A DNA stretch of 64,000 nt, from positions 45,968 to 109,967 of the forward strand of contig CAKUJH010000004.1 of NCBI GenBank assembly GCA_934661375.1. The letters are read 5' to 3'. This document shows, piece by piece, positions 28,453-37,679 of this stretch; positions within the stretch are counted from its first letter, which is position 1; each line of letters begins with the position of its first letter. This DNA comes from an uncultured Victivallales bacterium (GTDB lineage Bacteria > Verrucomicrobiota > Lentisphaeria > Victivallales > UBA1829). A program made the translations under genes and the position numbers. The notes beneath the pieces were generated by a model. The model saw only the letters and a list, made by a program, of their open reading frames with translations, searched no databases and had not been told where the DNA came from.

Positions 28453-29824
28453 TTTTCATATATTCCTTTTTTATTTTGTTCTCCACAACCGGAGCCTGAT
28501 AATCTTTGTCTCCCCCCAGTTTCTTCCAGCGGAAATAGATATACTGCATGGCGGCAGCGCAGAGAATCGTGAAAATCAAATCCCAGATGAAGATATACTG
28601 ATAACCGAAGCGGTCAATGAACAATCCGCCGGCGGCATTGGCGGCGATCAGCATCAGCGCTTTCACCATGGCGTTGGCACTGGAAAACTGTCCGAACTGG
28701 GCTTTCGGAAAAAGCCGGATTGCCAGCGGAAGTCCGGAACAGTTCTGCAGTACGTAAACCGTGGTGAGCAGACCGGTGGTGACGGCAAATGTCAGATAAT
28801 CGCGGCAGAAGAAAAATGCCAGCAGATTGACCACAATCACCAGGTATGCCCCCGCCAGATAAACCCGCAGCGGATGAAAACGGTCAATCAGAAAACCGAC
28901 CGGAATTGCCAGGGATATTATGATGATGCTGCCGATTGCCATCAGCTGCCCGTACTGTCCGGTGGACAGCTGAAGCGTTTCCGTCGCGTAGAGAATATTG
29001 AACAGACTGCGGCAGACTGTGCTGGCGTAATTCAAACCCAGTCCGATGAACAGAATCATCCAGTACGGCATGGAGAAACATTCTCGGCTGTATTCCTTGA
29101 TGTTCTGCCAGATGCCTTTATGCTGTTTTTTCGGAATGTCGTCGTATTTGCCTTCTTTGACATGGAAACACATACCGCCGAATCCGAACAGATAAATCAA
29201 TGCCACGATTACGCAGACCAGCGACATGTGGGTTTTGACATGGGGCAGAACCACCAGATTGAGCGTCAGTCCGGCACAGCTGCTGGCTATCCGGAAAAAT
29301 CCGTTGAAACGCCCGATCCATTCTTTCGGAACAACGTCCGAAAAAAGATAGTAGTACACGCATCCGGCGAACAGGTCGAAGAAACAGAATCCGATGACGA
29401 ATACACACAGCAGCGCCACTACTACGGTTTCGACATTGGCACTGCCGCCGGCGGTGAATTCCGTCAGCCAGCGTCCGATCCGGTCGCTGAATCCCATCAG
29501 AATCAGAAACAGTGAAACAAACGGGACTCCGCAGAGCAGATACGGAATCCGGCGTCCCCACCGGGATCGCGTCCGGTCGCTTGCGGTTGAAATCACCGGA
29601 TTGACAATGAAATTCAGCAATGCGGGGATTGTGCCGCACAGCAGACCGATCGTGAAATTGCTGGCGTTGTGGGCTCGCAGAATCAGCGGCATGATGATGG
29701 GACGAAGATTTTCCAGCAGGACCAGACAGAAATCACCCCAGAGCAGCCAGCAGAAAAGAAGTGCCAGACTGCTGCGGGTGTAGGTCAGTGTCCCGCAGCG
29801 GAAAACGGCTGCCGGTTCACTCAT
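28445..29824 (-). CDS. MFS-type transporter (glycoside/cation symporter-like)
   Basis: 459 aa, about 12 predicted hydrophobic segments. The loop motif SDRTRSRWGRRIPY is typical of the GPH/MFS D-R-x-G-R-R loop. 8-nt overlaps with both neighbours. Confidence 0.7.
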   Translation of the reverse strand: MSEPAAVFRCGTLTYTRSSLALLFCWLLWGDFCLVLLENLRPIIMPLILRAHNASNFTIGLLCGTIPALLNFIVNPVISTASDRTRSRWGRRIPYLLCGVPFVSLFLILMGFSDRIGRWLTEFTAGGSANVETVVVALLCVFVIGFCFFDLFAGCVYYYLFSDVVPKEWIGRFNGFFRIASSCAGLTLNLVVLPHVKTHMSLVCVIVALIYLFGFGGMCFHVKEGKYDDIPKKQHKGIWQNIKEYSRECFSMPYWMILFIGLGLNYASTVCRSLFNILYATETLQLSTGQYGQLMAIGSIIIISLAIPVGFLIDRFHPLRVYLAGAYLVIVVNLLAFFFCRDYLTFAVTTGLLTTVYVLQNCSGLPLAIRLFPKAQFGQFSSANAMVKALMLIAANAAGGLFIDRFGYQYIFIWDLIFTILCAAAMQYIYFRWKKLGGDKDYQAPVVENKIKKEYMKND

Positions 29825-30926
29825 GTTTCAGCTCCACGGTACAATCTTCATAGATGGACTGGTACGCCGCGTTCATGACCCGGACCGCTTCATAGCTTTC
29901 CCGCAGTCCGGTTTCCGCCCGTTCCCGGCGGCCTTCAATGGCGGCGACAAACGAACCGATCAGGCAGTCTTCCGGATTGCCGGGAACGCTGGGCACATGC
30001 TCGACCAGCAGCCGGTTCGGACTGGGCATCCGGTCTCCGAGAACATAGCAGTGCCGGTCAAAGAAATCGGCGGCAATGTAGCCTTTCGTGCCGGTGATCT
30101 TGAGATTGCATTCCAGGGATTTCGGCCAGTAGAGACGGCGTACATCACAGCGTTCTTCCATGTGCGAGTAGCTCGGATTGATGAAATAAGGAATTCCGTT
30201 GTCCAGAGTTCCCGTAATCGCGGCATGATCCTCCACTTCCAGATGCAGCCGCTGATTCCGGGCGGACATCGCTTTGACCGTGCGGAACTCCCGTCCGGTC
30301 AGCCAGCGCACCACGTCATAGGGATGCGGGTGATCCGTGATCGCACCGCCGCGGAAAATATTGGAACCTTTGTGAATCGGAATGCGTTTGCCGTAGGAGA
30401 GCAGGGGATCTCCCCAGTTCGGATAGTAATTGCAGGGACTCTGGGAAATGTTGGTCAGGAAAATGGAGGTGATCTCGCCGATCCGTCCCGATTCCAGAAT
30501 CTGTTTGGCATAAACGAACTGCGGATTGAAGTGCAGTTCCAGTTCGGCGGCAATGACCCGGTCGTAATGTTTTTCGATTTCCAGCATCTGGCGGCATTCG
30601 TCTTCATTCATGGAAATCACTTTCATCATATAAATATGAAGATGACGGCGCACCGCTTCCTGGAACATTTCAAAGTGTTCGATATTGTCGCTGCCGATCA
30701 GCACGATTTCCGCATCGGGATTTTCATCGAACATCTGGATGTAATCGGAGTAGAAATGAACCCGCGGGTTGTCGCCGATCCGTTCCCGCGCCGTCTGCAT
30801 TCTTTTCGGGTCGAATTCCGACACTCCGACAATTTCCAGCGCGGAAATATCGCGTCCCGCACCGGTGATGTAAAGCGAAATATGCGGATTGGCAGTTCCG
30901 GCAATCAAAGTTTTGTAGCGTTTCAT
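29817..30926 (-). CDS. Gfo/Idh/MocA-like oxidoreductase with a degenerate dinucleotide-binding motif
   Basis: I chose the ATG at 30926, which overlaps the upstream stop as ATGA (ggagg ~10 nt upstream). The overall layout is family-like, but the N-terminus reads YKTLIAGTANPHISLYI instead of GxGxxG. Confidence 0.6.
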   Translation of the reverse strand: MKRYKTLIAGTANPHISLYITGAGRDISALEIVGVSEFDPKRMQTARERIGDNPRVHFYSDYIQMFDENPDAEIVLIGSDNIEHFEMFQEAVRRHLHIYMMKVISMNEDECRQMLEIEKHYDRVIAAELELHFNPQFVYAKQILESGRIGEITSIFLTNISQSPCNYYPNWGDPLLSYGKRIPIHKGSNIFRGGAITDHPHPYDVVRWLTGREFRTVKAMSARNQRLHLEVEDHAAITGTLDNGIPYFINPSYSHMEERCDVRRLYWPKSLECNLKITGTKGYIAADFFDRHCYVLGDRMPSPNRLLVEHVPSVPGNPEDCLIGSFVAAIEGRRERAETGLRESYEAVRVMNAAYQSIYEDCTVELKHE

Positions 30927-31573
30927 CTGTTCCATGCCTCCAAAATCATCTGATGAAGAATATTGCAATTGAGTTTTCCTTTCGGCAGTTCTCCTTTTTC
31001 CATGACCAGACGAAAATGCATTTTCATCCATTCGTATGGTCCGGAAGCCATGCCGGATGTGCCGTTTTCCGTTACCAGCATTTCCATTTTTTCCGCATCG
31101 GCGCAGAGAATCCCTTCTTCATTGATGAAACCGATCAGCGGCTGGTTGGTAACACACCCGGTCTGGAAATATCCTTTGATGAAAGCAATGTCCGGCATCG
31201 TGTCCGGCAGACATTCATTCAGTTCTATTTCCGCGACAATGTCATCCGGAAAACGGATCAGGGAGAACAGAGAGTTTTTGTCCGCGTTCCGGTTGATGAA
31301 GATTTCCTCCGGAAGTGTTCCGGTGATGGACGCCGCCGCATCGACCATAGGCAGGAAGCGTTCGCACAGAAATTCTTCTTCGGACGCCGCCGCATTTTTC
31401 GCCGGACGCGATGACGTCATCCGGAATGAACTCAGAAAGCCGGAACGTTCATTTTTGACGGCATTGCGGAGTTTTACCGCGATGGGAAACTGGCGCCAGT
31501 AAAGCGCAGTGTAAAAGTTTTCATCCGTACGGGACAGAGCCTCCCGGACACTCAGAACAGGAATTGCATTCAT
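30923..31573 (-). CDS. Hypothetical protein (216 aa), translationally coupled to the Gfo-like gene
   Basis: The ORF runs from the ATG at 31573 and has coding-like composition. No family is recognised. It sits inside a tightly packed operon. Confidence 0.4.
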   Translation of the reverse strand: MNAIPVLSVREALSRTDENFYTALYWRQFPIAVKLRNAVKNERSGFLSSFRMTSSRPAKNAAASEEEFLCERFLPMVDAAASITGTLPEEIFINRNADKNSLFSLIRFPDDIVAEIELNECLPDTMPDIAFIKGYFQTGCVTNQPLIGFINEEGILCADAEKMEMLVTENGTSGMASGPYEWMKMHFRLVMEKGELPKGKLNCNILHQMILEAWNR

Positions 31574-31583
31574 AGAAATCCTT

Positions 31584-34481
31584 TCATTTTTCGATGCGGA
31601 AAAGCATCGTATCTCCAGTTTTCATGTTTCGTTCAATGCGGCGGACATTCTGCAGAGTTTTTCCACTGAGAAGATCCGTCAGATTCATCGTGCGGGGCAG
31701 TTCAAGGCAATGCTCTCCGTCGGAAGCGGCATGAAGCATGATGAAACCTTCATTGGCTCCGACGATGTCGCCGGTGCGGTTGTAAATATGCACTCCCGCC
31801 TGTTCCGCAGCCCCCCGCAGAAGTCCGGCAGTGGGACGCGTGAGACTGTAAATGCTTCTGCCGCCCCAGGGGGCTTCCGCACTTACAACGGCGGGATTTC
31901 CCTGAAACTCCGCGATGGTCTTGAAACCGTTTCCGACCGGCTTGAATCCGGGGTCAAACGCATAGTATTCCGGATCCTGACGCAGATAACGGGCAAGCGG
32001 ATCGTCCGGAGCGGTGATTTTCAGACGGGAACGCGGGACTTTCCGCACTGTTTCCAGTTTGATTCCCGTCAGCAGCTGACTGATTCCCGTGCTGACTCCG
32101 CCGTAAGTGATGAAGCCGGGCGCGTAAAACCACAATGCCGCCGCTTTATTTTTCGCCAGAATGGAATGGATTTTTTTCACCTGTTCCCGTTCATTGCCGC
32201 CCAGATACCAGAGATTCGGGAAAACATAGAGTTTGTACTCCGGAATTTTTCCTTCCAGAAAATCACTGTACAGATACGTATCGAACGGAACACCCGCCCG
32301 CCAGCATTCGGAAACCGCGTTCCGGACATAATCCCGGTGCTGTTTGACTGAATCATTGACGAACATCATGCTGACTTCATCCATGATCAGAGCCACTTCG
32401 GCAGTCGAACGCCGGGGCTGATTCCGCTGTTCCTTTTCAATCCGGGCAAGCTCGGCAATCTGCCGCATCAGTTCTTCGTTGTGGAAGGTGCGGACGCCTT
32501 CCAGCAGCAGCCACTGAATGGACGTGCCGCGGGTCAGGGCATTCGCAAGAGTGCGCGTGTTGACTTGCAGGGTTTCTTCCAGTGTCGGCGTGCGGTAAAC
32601 CGTATCGAAAGAAGTGAAACAGGTCCGCATATCCGCTTCATCGAAATAGAGTTTGCCATGAAGCGTGAGCGATGCCGTGTAGTCGTTGAGATAATCGCCT
32701 TCCTGTCCGGCGCGCCGTCGGTCATACGCCATGCAGCCCATCATGAAATCGACGTTCGGATCACGCAGGACACGTCCCAGGGAGTGGAATCCCTGGTTTT
32801 CCAGATCCGGATGCCAGAGCGTGTAGCCGAAAAACACTCCGACCGGTTTTTTCACGGACATTGCCTCTTTGGCGCCGCGGGCAAACATGCCGATGCAGTC
32901 TGCAACGGTATCGCTGGCGAACATCCGGTAGTCGATGACCCGTCTGGCTTTGGGATAGTAGCGGAAAAATCCGTATTCCGAGCGGCGGCGTTCTTCCGGC
33001 GGCGGAACTGCGGCTGTCTGAAGCGTTATTTCCGTATTGCCGTAGGCACGCTGAAGCGCGGCGTCGCTCTTGTAGCGTTTGCCCAGCCATTGACGGAACG
33101 CCGCCTGATTGCATTCCGAATAATCCACATACCCGTTGTGGCTGCCCCACCAGTACCATTCGCTGGCACGTCCGCCGGCAATCAGATACCCCGCAACTCT
33201 GCCAGCCCAGGGGCCGCTCTCCACATGCCGGATGAATGTCTGCATTGCCTTCATGGCATCCTTCCGCCAGGACGGACTGTTGAACGAAGGCTGAAAGCGG
33301 TCTGTCTTTCCTTCCGGGGTGCAGCCGGCTTCCTTTTTATGCTGCGCGCACCACCAGCGCGGCATGTCGATTTTGAGACGGATCAGCAGAAAATTTTCCG
33401 GACTGGCTTTCACCGCCGCTTCCAGCTGCTGATCCACAATCGTCCAGTCGTATAGGTCCGGACCTGTGTACCAGTCGCGGATTCCATTTTTCCAGATGGT
33501 GAGATTCTGGACACAGACTCCGGTCAGCCGGATTCCCGCCGCCGCAAAATCCCGTTCCGAAGCCCTGGCATCGGAATCTTTGTCTTTTGCGGAGACACAT
33601 GACATCATGCCGGGCAGAATCTGTCCGTTGCGGCTGAACGCCGGTGCGCCGTTGTGCATGACCACTTTCACTGGAAGATTTTTTACGGATTGCACCGGCG
33701 GAAGATTTTTTTCATATTTCTGTGTCAGCTGCAGTTTGGTTTCAAATCCGGGCGTCTGCGGAGCAAGGGTTTCTTTCCAGCGGTCGGGAACCTGAATGGT
33801 GCCGGATGGATAGTACTTCCGTTCCGCTTCGAAGTGTGCGGAGACTTCTTCCTGGGAAAGAGTGCGGTTGTAGAAAGAAATCCTGCCGATCCATCCGTCG
33901 AAGAATGCGATGGTGCCGCCACCGCCGCCTTCTCCTGCGCCGATCCGGACAGACGCATCGGTCCAGGGAATAAATTTCCCGCGGGCGATGCTCCGGGCAG
34001 CCGGTTTGCCGTTGATATAAGTCCGGAATTCGCCGTTTTCAAAGGTGCCGGCAATATGATTCCATTGTTCCGGAGTAACTTTCGCGCAGTCCTTGAGCGG
34101 AATCAGTTTGGTTCCGTATTTTCCCGTGCGCAGTTTATCTGAATAGCGCAGCACGCCTTCCCAGAAACGGGAAAACGGATTGATGAAGGAAAACAGCGGG
34201 ACATTTTCAAACAGCTGAAGACTGATTTCCGCCGCATCGCGGGAACGGTCGCCCTTGAATACAATGGTGTGATAGCCTTTGGCTCTTGGACCCGGCACAA
34301 TCCAGGCTTCCATGGAAAAATTCTTTTCATTGAAATTTTCCGGTTTCAGCTGCATTTCCAGTTTCTGTTCCGGGATGTTCCCCATCAGAACCGGTTTGCC
34401 GTGTTCCCCGAAGGATGCTGTCGGCGCCTGTGCCAGCAACATTGCGGGAAGGCAGAAAAGCAAGAAGGTATGGAGTTTCAT
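31584..34481 (-). CDS. Large secreted protein: an N-terminal LamG module plus a GH42-like/clan-A-like putative glycoside hydrolase region
   Basis: 965 aa. Signal peptide MKLHTFLLFCLPAMLLAQA. LamG blocks FSMEAWIVPG...IVFKG...FFDGWIGRISFYNRTLSQEEV. Confidence 0.55.
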   Translation of the reverse strand: MKLHTFLLFCLPAMLLAQAPTASFGEHGKPVLMGNIPEQKLEMQLKPENFNEKNFSMEAWIVPGPRAKGYHTIVFKGDRSRDAAEISLQLFENVPLFSFINPFSRFWEGVLRYSDKLRTGKYGTKLIPLKDCAKVTPEQWNHIAGTFENGEFRTYINGKPAARSIARGKFIPWTDASVRIGAGEGGGGGTIAFFDGWIGRISFYNRTLSQEEVSAHFEAERKYYPSGTIQVPDRWKETLAPQTPGFETKLQLTQKYEKNLPPVQSVKNLPVKVVMHNGAPAFSRNGQILPGMMSCVSAKDKDSDARASERDFAAAGIRLTGVCVQNLTIWKNGIRDWYTGPDLYDWTIVDQQLEAAVKASPENFLLIRLKIDMPRWWCAQHKKEAGCTPEGKTDRFQPSFNSPSWRKDAMKAMQTFIRHVESGPWAGRVAGYLIAGGRASEWYWWGSHNGYVDYSECNQAAFRQWLGKRYKSDAALQRAYGNTEITLQTAAVPPPEERRRSEYGFFRYYPKARRVIDYRMFASDTVADCIGMFARGAKEAMSVKKPVGVFFGYTLWHPDLENQGFHSLGRVLRDPNVDFMMGCMAYDRRRAGQEGDYLNDYTASLTLHGKLYFDEADMRTCFTSFDTVYRTPTLEETLQVNTRTLANALTRGTSIQWLLLEGVRTFHNEELMRQIAELARIEKEQRNQPRRSTAEVALIMDEVSMMFVNDSVKQHRDYVRNAVSECWRAGVPFDTYLYSDFLEGKIPEYKLYVFPNLWYLGGNEREQVKKIHSILAKNKAAALWFYAPGFITYGGVSTGISQLLTGIKLETVRKVPRSRLKITAPDDPLARYLRQDPEYYAFDPGFKPVGNGFKTIAEFQGNPAVVSAEAPWGGRSIYSLTRPTAGLLRGAAEQAGVHIYNRTGDIVGANEGFIMLHAASDGEHCLELPRTMNLTDLLSGKTLQNVRRIERNMKTGDTMLFRIEK

Positions 34482-34494
34482 TGTTTTTTCTCCG

Positions 34495-35334
34495 TTATCT
34501 TAAGAAAAGACCATATTTATACCAGTCTGTGCTGGCGATCCGGCTGCTGATGCTTGCCTGACTGGCTTGCGTATTATTGCGCGGAAAACCGGAATTTTCC
34601 AGCAGAGTGCGGTCTGCCGAAACGGCATGTCCGTCCACGAATGTGGTGTTGCAGCGGTTGACCTTGTGGGCATCCCAGAAACTGCGTTTGTTCTGCAGAT
34701 CCACCCTGGAATATCCGTAAGGTTTGTCAAAATTGCGGATGTCGGCGAAAACCACTTTGGAGGACGGCTGCGGAATGCGTTTGAACAGGACAAATCCAAA
34801 AGCTGATGTGGATTTATACCCGGATACATAGGGATGAACACCGTCCCGGTCATAATAGAGCGTTTTGTTTACCACGCCCCAGCCGTTGTTGAAACCATAA
34901 CCGAACACCGTAAACCGGTAACGCATTTCTGTTTTCTCCTTTCCGGTCTCGATTTTTCTGCTGGAAAAATCATTCTTCGGGCAGCTGTACGCTTTGTATG
35001 CGCTTTCCGGTTTCGGAACCAGTCCGGCTTCGATCAGCCGGTTGCCCCATTCCGGAAGGGTTGACCAATGCGTTTTGTTGTAGGCGGATATCTGCTGATC
35101 ATAGGCGTCCAGATACGCATACAATGTCAGAAACAGTGATTTCTGATTATTGATGCAGGAAATCATTGTCGCCCGGTTCCTTGCCGAATTCAGCGCAGGC
35201 AGGAGCATACCCGCCAGAATCGCAATGATCGCAATCACAACAAGGAGTTCTATCAGTGTGAACCGCAACAAGTTACGTTTCAAATGCGGAATGCGAGATG
35301 TGAAATGGTTGGCAATGACTGTTGTTTTTTTCAT
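34495..35334 (-). CDS. Prepilin-type N-terminal cleavage/methylation domain protein (pseudopilin-like)
   Basis: [43 protein letters not shown], and C-terminal [11 protein letters not shown] at 35334 with RBS aaggag. Confidence 0.85.
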   Translation of the reverse strand: MKKTTVIANHFTSRIPHLKRNLLRFTLIELLVVIAIIAILAGMLLPALNSARNRATMISCINNQKSLFLTLYAYLDAYDQQISAYNKTHWSTLPEWGNRLIEAGLVPKPESAYKAYSCPKNDFSSRKIETGKEKTEMRYRFTVFGYGFNNGWGVVNKTLYYDRDGVHPYVSGYKSTSAFGFVLFKRIPQPSSKVVFADIRNFDKPYGYSRVDLQNKRSFWDAHKVNRCNTTFVDGHAVSADRTLLENSGFPRNNTQASQASISSRIASTDWYKYGLFLR

Positions 35335-35462
35335 GGCAGGGTTCTCCTTTCTGATCTTTTTTCGCAACTTTGATTTTCCTCTGTTTTCATATTCTGCCCA
35401 TTCTCCGGTTTTAATGTTTCATGTCCGCAATCTCCTGTCTTTTTAATTTCATATCTCATATT

Positions 35463-36497
35463 TCATTTTTTATTCAGCACCCGGTTGTAGTTTTCACCGA
35501 TCCGGTCCCACAGTTTGAGCGGATCCGGCGCAGCGCAGGTCGTGCCGTACCCGCCCCGGAATGTCCATGCCGCCAGACGGTCCACACCGAGATCGCGGTA
35601 CAGGTCAACAACTTCATCAATCTGGTCAAAATTGACGGGCTGACGGAAATATCCCTGAATCCAGCGTTCGCAAGGTTTGTGGTACTTGCGGGCGATGGCG
35701 ACGGTCCGGCGGGTGATTTCCTCGAAGAATTCCCGCGGCAGCTGCCAGTTGATGATCGTGGTGGAAAACACATCAAACCACGGACATTTTGCAACCATGT
35801 CCCAGTCGTCGTATCCGCGGTTTTCGGTCTGGTAATAGTTACCCAAAGTCGCATGAACACAGCAGGTGATTTCCAGTTCCGGTTTGAGTTCCTTGAGCTG
35901 ACGCGAGGTGTCCGCCAGAATGAACAGAGCTTCTCTCCGCCGGAATTTTTTGACGTCTTCATTCATGATGCGCGGCATTTCATAATGATAGTGCATACGG
36001 AATTTTTCCATGCAGACCGGACACCGGCAAGTCCAGTCATCCCCGGCATTTCCCTGCGGGGAAGCATAGGCGCGCGGCAGTGCATAGTGGGGTTCATCCC
36101 AGAAAAAGCCGTCGGCGTTCGTTTCCGCCGCGAGAGTCAGACAGAAATTCTGGAAATATTCAATGAATGCGGGGGTGTTGAAACAGGCGTTCGGCATCCG
36201 TTCGCCGGTTAACGCGGAAACCTGCCGGTTTTCGATATTGTCCTGAAGAAATTTGCTGACCTGTTCTCCGCCGAAATACTTGCCGATTCCCCAGGGATCT
36301 ATCAAAGCCCGGAGTCCGGTTTCGTGCGCTTTGTCCACGATGAGCGGCAGAGTCGGACGCCAGAAATCGAAGTCGAATTCCGTTACAGCAAGAATGACCG
36401 TTGTGCAGCCGTGCTGTTTCATTTCCGCGAAATCCCGTGCCGCCTGCTCGACACTGCCGAGTCCGTAATAACTGATTGCTGTCTGTGTGATTGCCAT
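35463..36497 (-). CDS. Compact GH42-like (clan GH-A) TIM-barrel protein with a Cys cluster
   Basis: 344 aa. NACFNTPAF, FFWDEPHY and WTCRCPVCMEKFRMHY parallel the CPNSP..., W..NE.. and CxCxxC...F..W zinc-site and acid/base region of GH42 beta-galactosidases as I recall them. Confidence 0.5.
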   Translation of the reverse strand: MAITQTAISYYGLGSVEQAARDFAEMKQHGCTTVILAVTEFDFDFWRPTLPLIVDKAHETGLRALIDPWGIGKYFGGEQVSKFLQDNIENRQVSALTGERMPNACFNTPAFIEYFQNFCLTLAAETNADGFFWDEPHYALPRAYASPQGNAGDDWTCRCPVCMEKFRMHYHYEMPRIMNEDVKKFRRREALFILADTSRQLKELKPELEITCCVHATLGNYYQTENRGYDDWDMVAKCPWFDVFSTTIINWQLPREFFEEITRRTVAIARKYHKPCERWIQGYFRQPVNFDQIDEVVDLYRDLGVDRLAAWTFRGGYGTTCAAPDPLKLWDRIGENYNRVLNKK

Positions 36498-36520
36498 TGC
36501 ATCCTCCTGTGGTGGTTATG

Positions 36521-37567
36521 TTATACTGTCCATGAGCTTTCCCGCCGGATCAGAACCGGCTCAAACAGCCGGGGTACTTTTTCCCGTTCCGTATCGTCTT
36601 CCGCAAGCAGCAGCTGCAGCGCGCTGAAGGCGATCTGCTGCACCGGATAGCGGAGAGTGGTCAGTGAAGGGAACACTTCCCGTGCAATCGGCAGATCATC
36701 CACTCCGACAACGGCAATGTCTTCCGGCACCCGGAGTCCGCAGATATGGGCAGCGCGCATGATCCGCAAGGCAATCAGATCATGATAACAGAATATCCCG
36801 ATGCGTTTTTTGCCCCGGCAGCGGTTCTTCAGGAAGCTGCACAGCTGTTCCATATTGCTTTCTGTCCGGCAGAATATCCGGTTGACGGTGTCAAAATCAA
36901 TTCCGTTTTCGCGCAGTCCCTGAAGATAGCCTTCAAAACGGGCGTCTTTGCTTCCGAATTCCGGTCCGGCATACAGATAACTTGCGCATTTCGAATCCGC
37001 CAGATGACGGGCTGCCAGGAATCCGCAGGACAGGTCATTGACGCCGCAGACGTCGGCATTCACGCCGGAAACTTCATGTCCGATCAGTACAAACGGCAGA
37101 TTCAGCGCATTCAGAGCGGTCCGTGAACCGCTGCCGGCGGGACAGATGATGAATGCTTCCACGCCGCATTTCTTCAGCAGTTCAATATTCTTTTTTTCTT
37201 TGGTCAGATTGAAATCACTGCCTGCCGCGATGATGTCGGCATTGCAGCGGCGTCCCGCCGTTTCCAGCGCATTGAGCAGACGGCTGGTGAACGGGTTGTC
37301 CATGTTGTTGACCATGACGCCGATCCGGCGTCCGCGGTCTTTTTTTCCGGTCCGGATGCCTCTGCCGATGACCAGGTTGCGCCCGGACCGGGAGAGCAGA
37401 GAATCTTTCTTGAGCAGGTCAACGATTCTCTGCGCGGTTTGAAGTGAAACGTTGAAATTGTCGCAGATATCCCGTATCGTCATGAACGGCTCCCCCACGC
37501 CGCCATGTTCACCGCGCTGCAATTCCTTTGCCAGCAGTTTTGAGATTTCCGCAACTTTTGATTTCAT
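36521..37567 (-). CDS. AraR-like regulator (wHTH fused to a LacI/PBP1-type sugar-binding domain)
   Basis: N-terminal FMTIRDICDNFNVSLQTAQRIVDLLKKDSLLSRSGRNLVIG. The C-terminal PBP1-like domain ends in a TTLRYP...-type block. Confidence 0.75.
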   Translation of the reverse strand: MKSKVAEISKLLAKELQRGEHGGVGEPFMTIRDICDNFNVSLQTAQRIVDLLKKDSLLSRSGRNLVIGRGIRTGKKDRGRRIGVMVNNMDNPFTSRLLNALETAGRRCNADIIAAGSDFNLTKEKKNIELLKKCGVEAFIICPAGSGSRTALNALNLPFVLIGHEVSGVNADVCGVNDLSCGFLAARHLADSKCASYLYAGPEFGSKDARFEGYLQGLRENGIDFDTVNRIFCRTESNMEQLCSFLKNRCRGKKRIGIFCYHDLIALRIMRAAHICGLRVPEDIAVVGVDDLPIAREVFPSLTTLRYPVQQIAFSALQLLLAEDDTEREKVPRLFEPVLIRRESSWTV

Positions 37568-37679
37568 GTTTTTCCTTCCCGCCGGGCATATTTCCCCTGC
37601 ATAACTCTATTATATAGCAGGTAGAACAATTCCGCAACGGGAAGTAGAACAATAAAATCGGAATTTTTTTTCTGAAACC

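Noticed and set aside
18047-36212. Long antisense or out-of-frame ORFs in the central region (18047-19087, 18930-19931, 19995-20882, 21476-22699, 24518-25333, 25158-25922, 28292-29515, 29823-30953, 32481-33455, 35421-36212).
   Set aside because: The reasoning is the same. Each overlaps a gene with strong motif support on the other strand (Gfo/Idh/MocA, beta-helix, LacI, MFS, aminotransferase and others), and each has an implausible composition.
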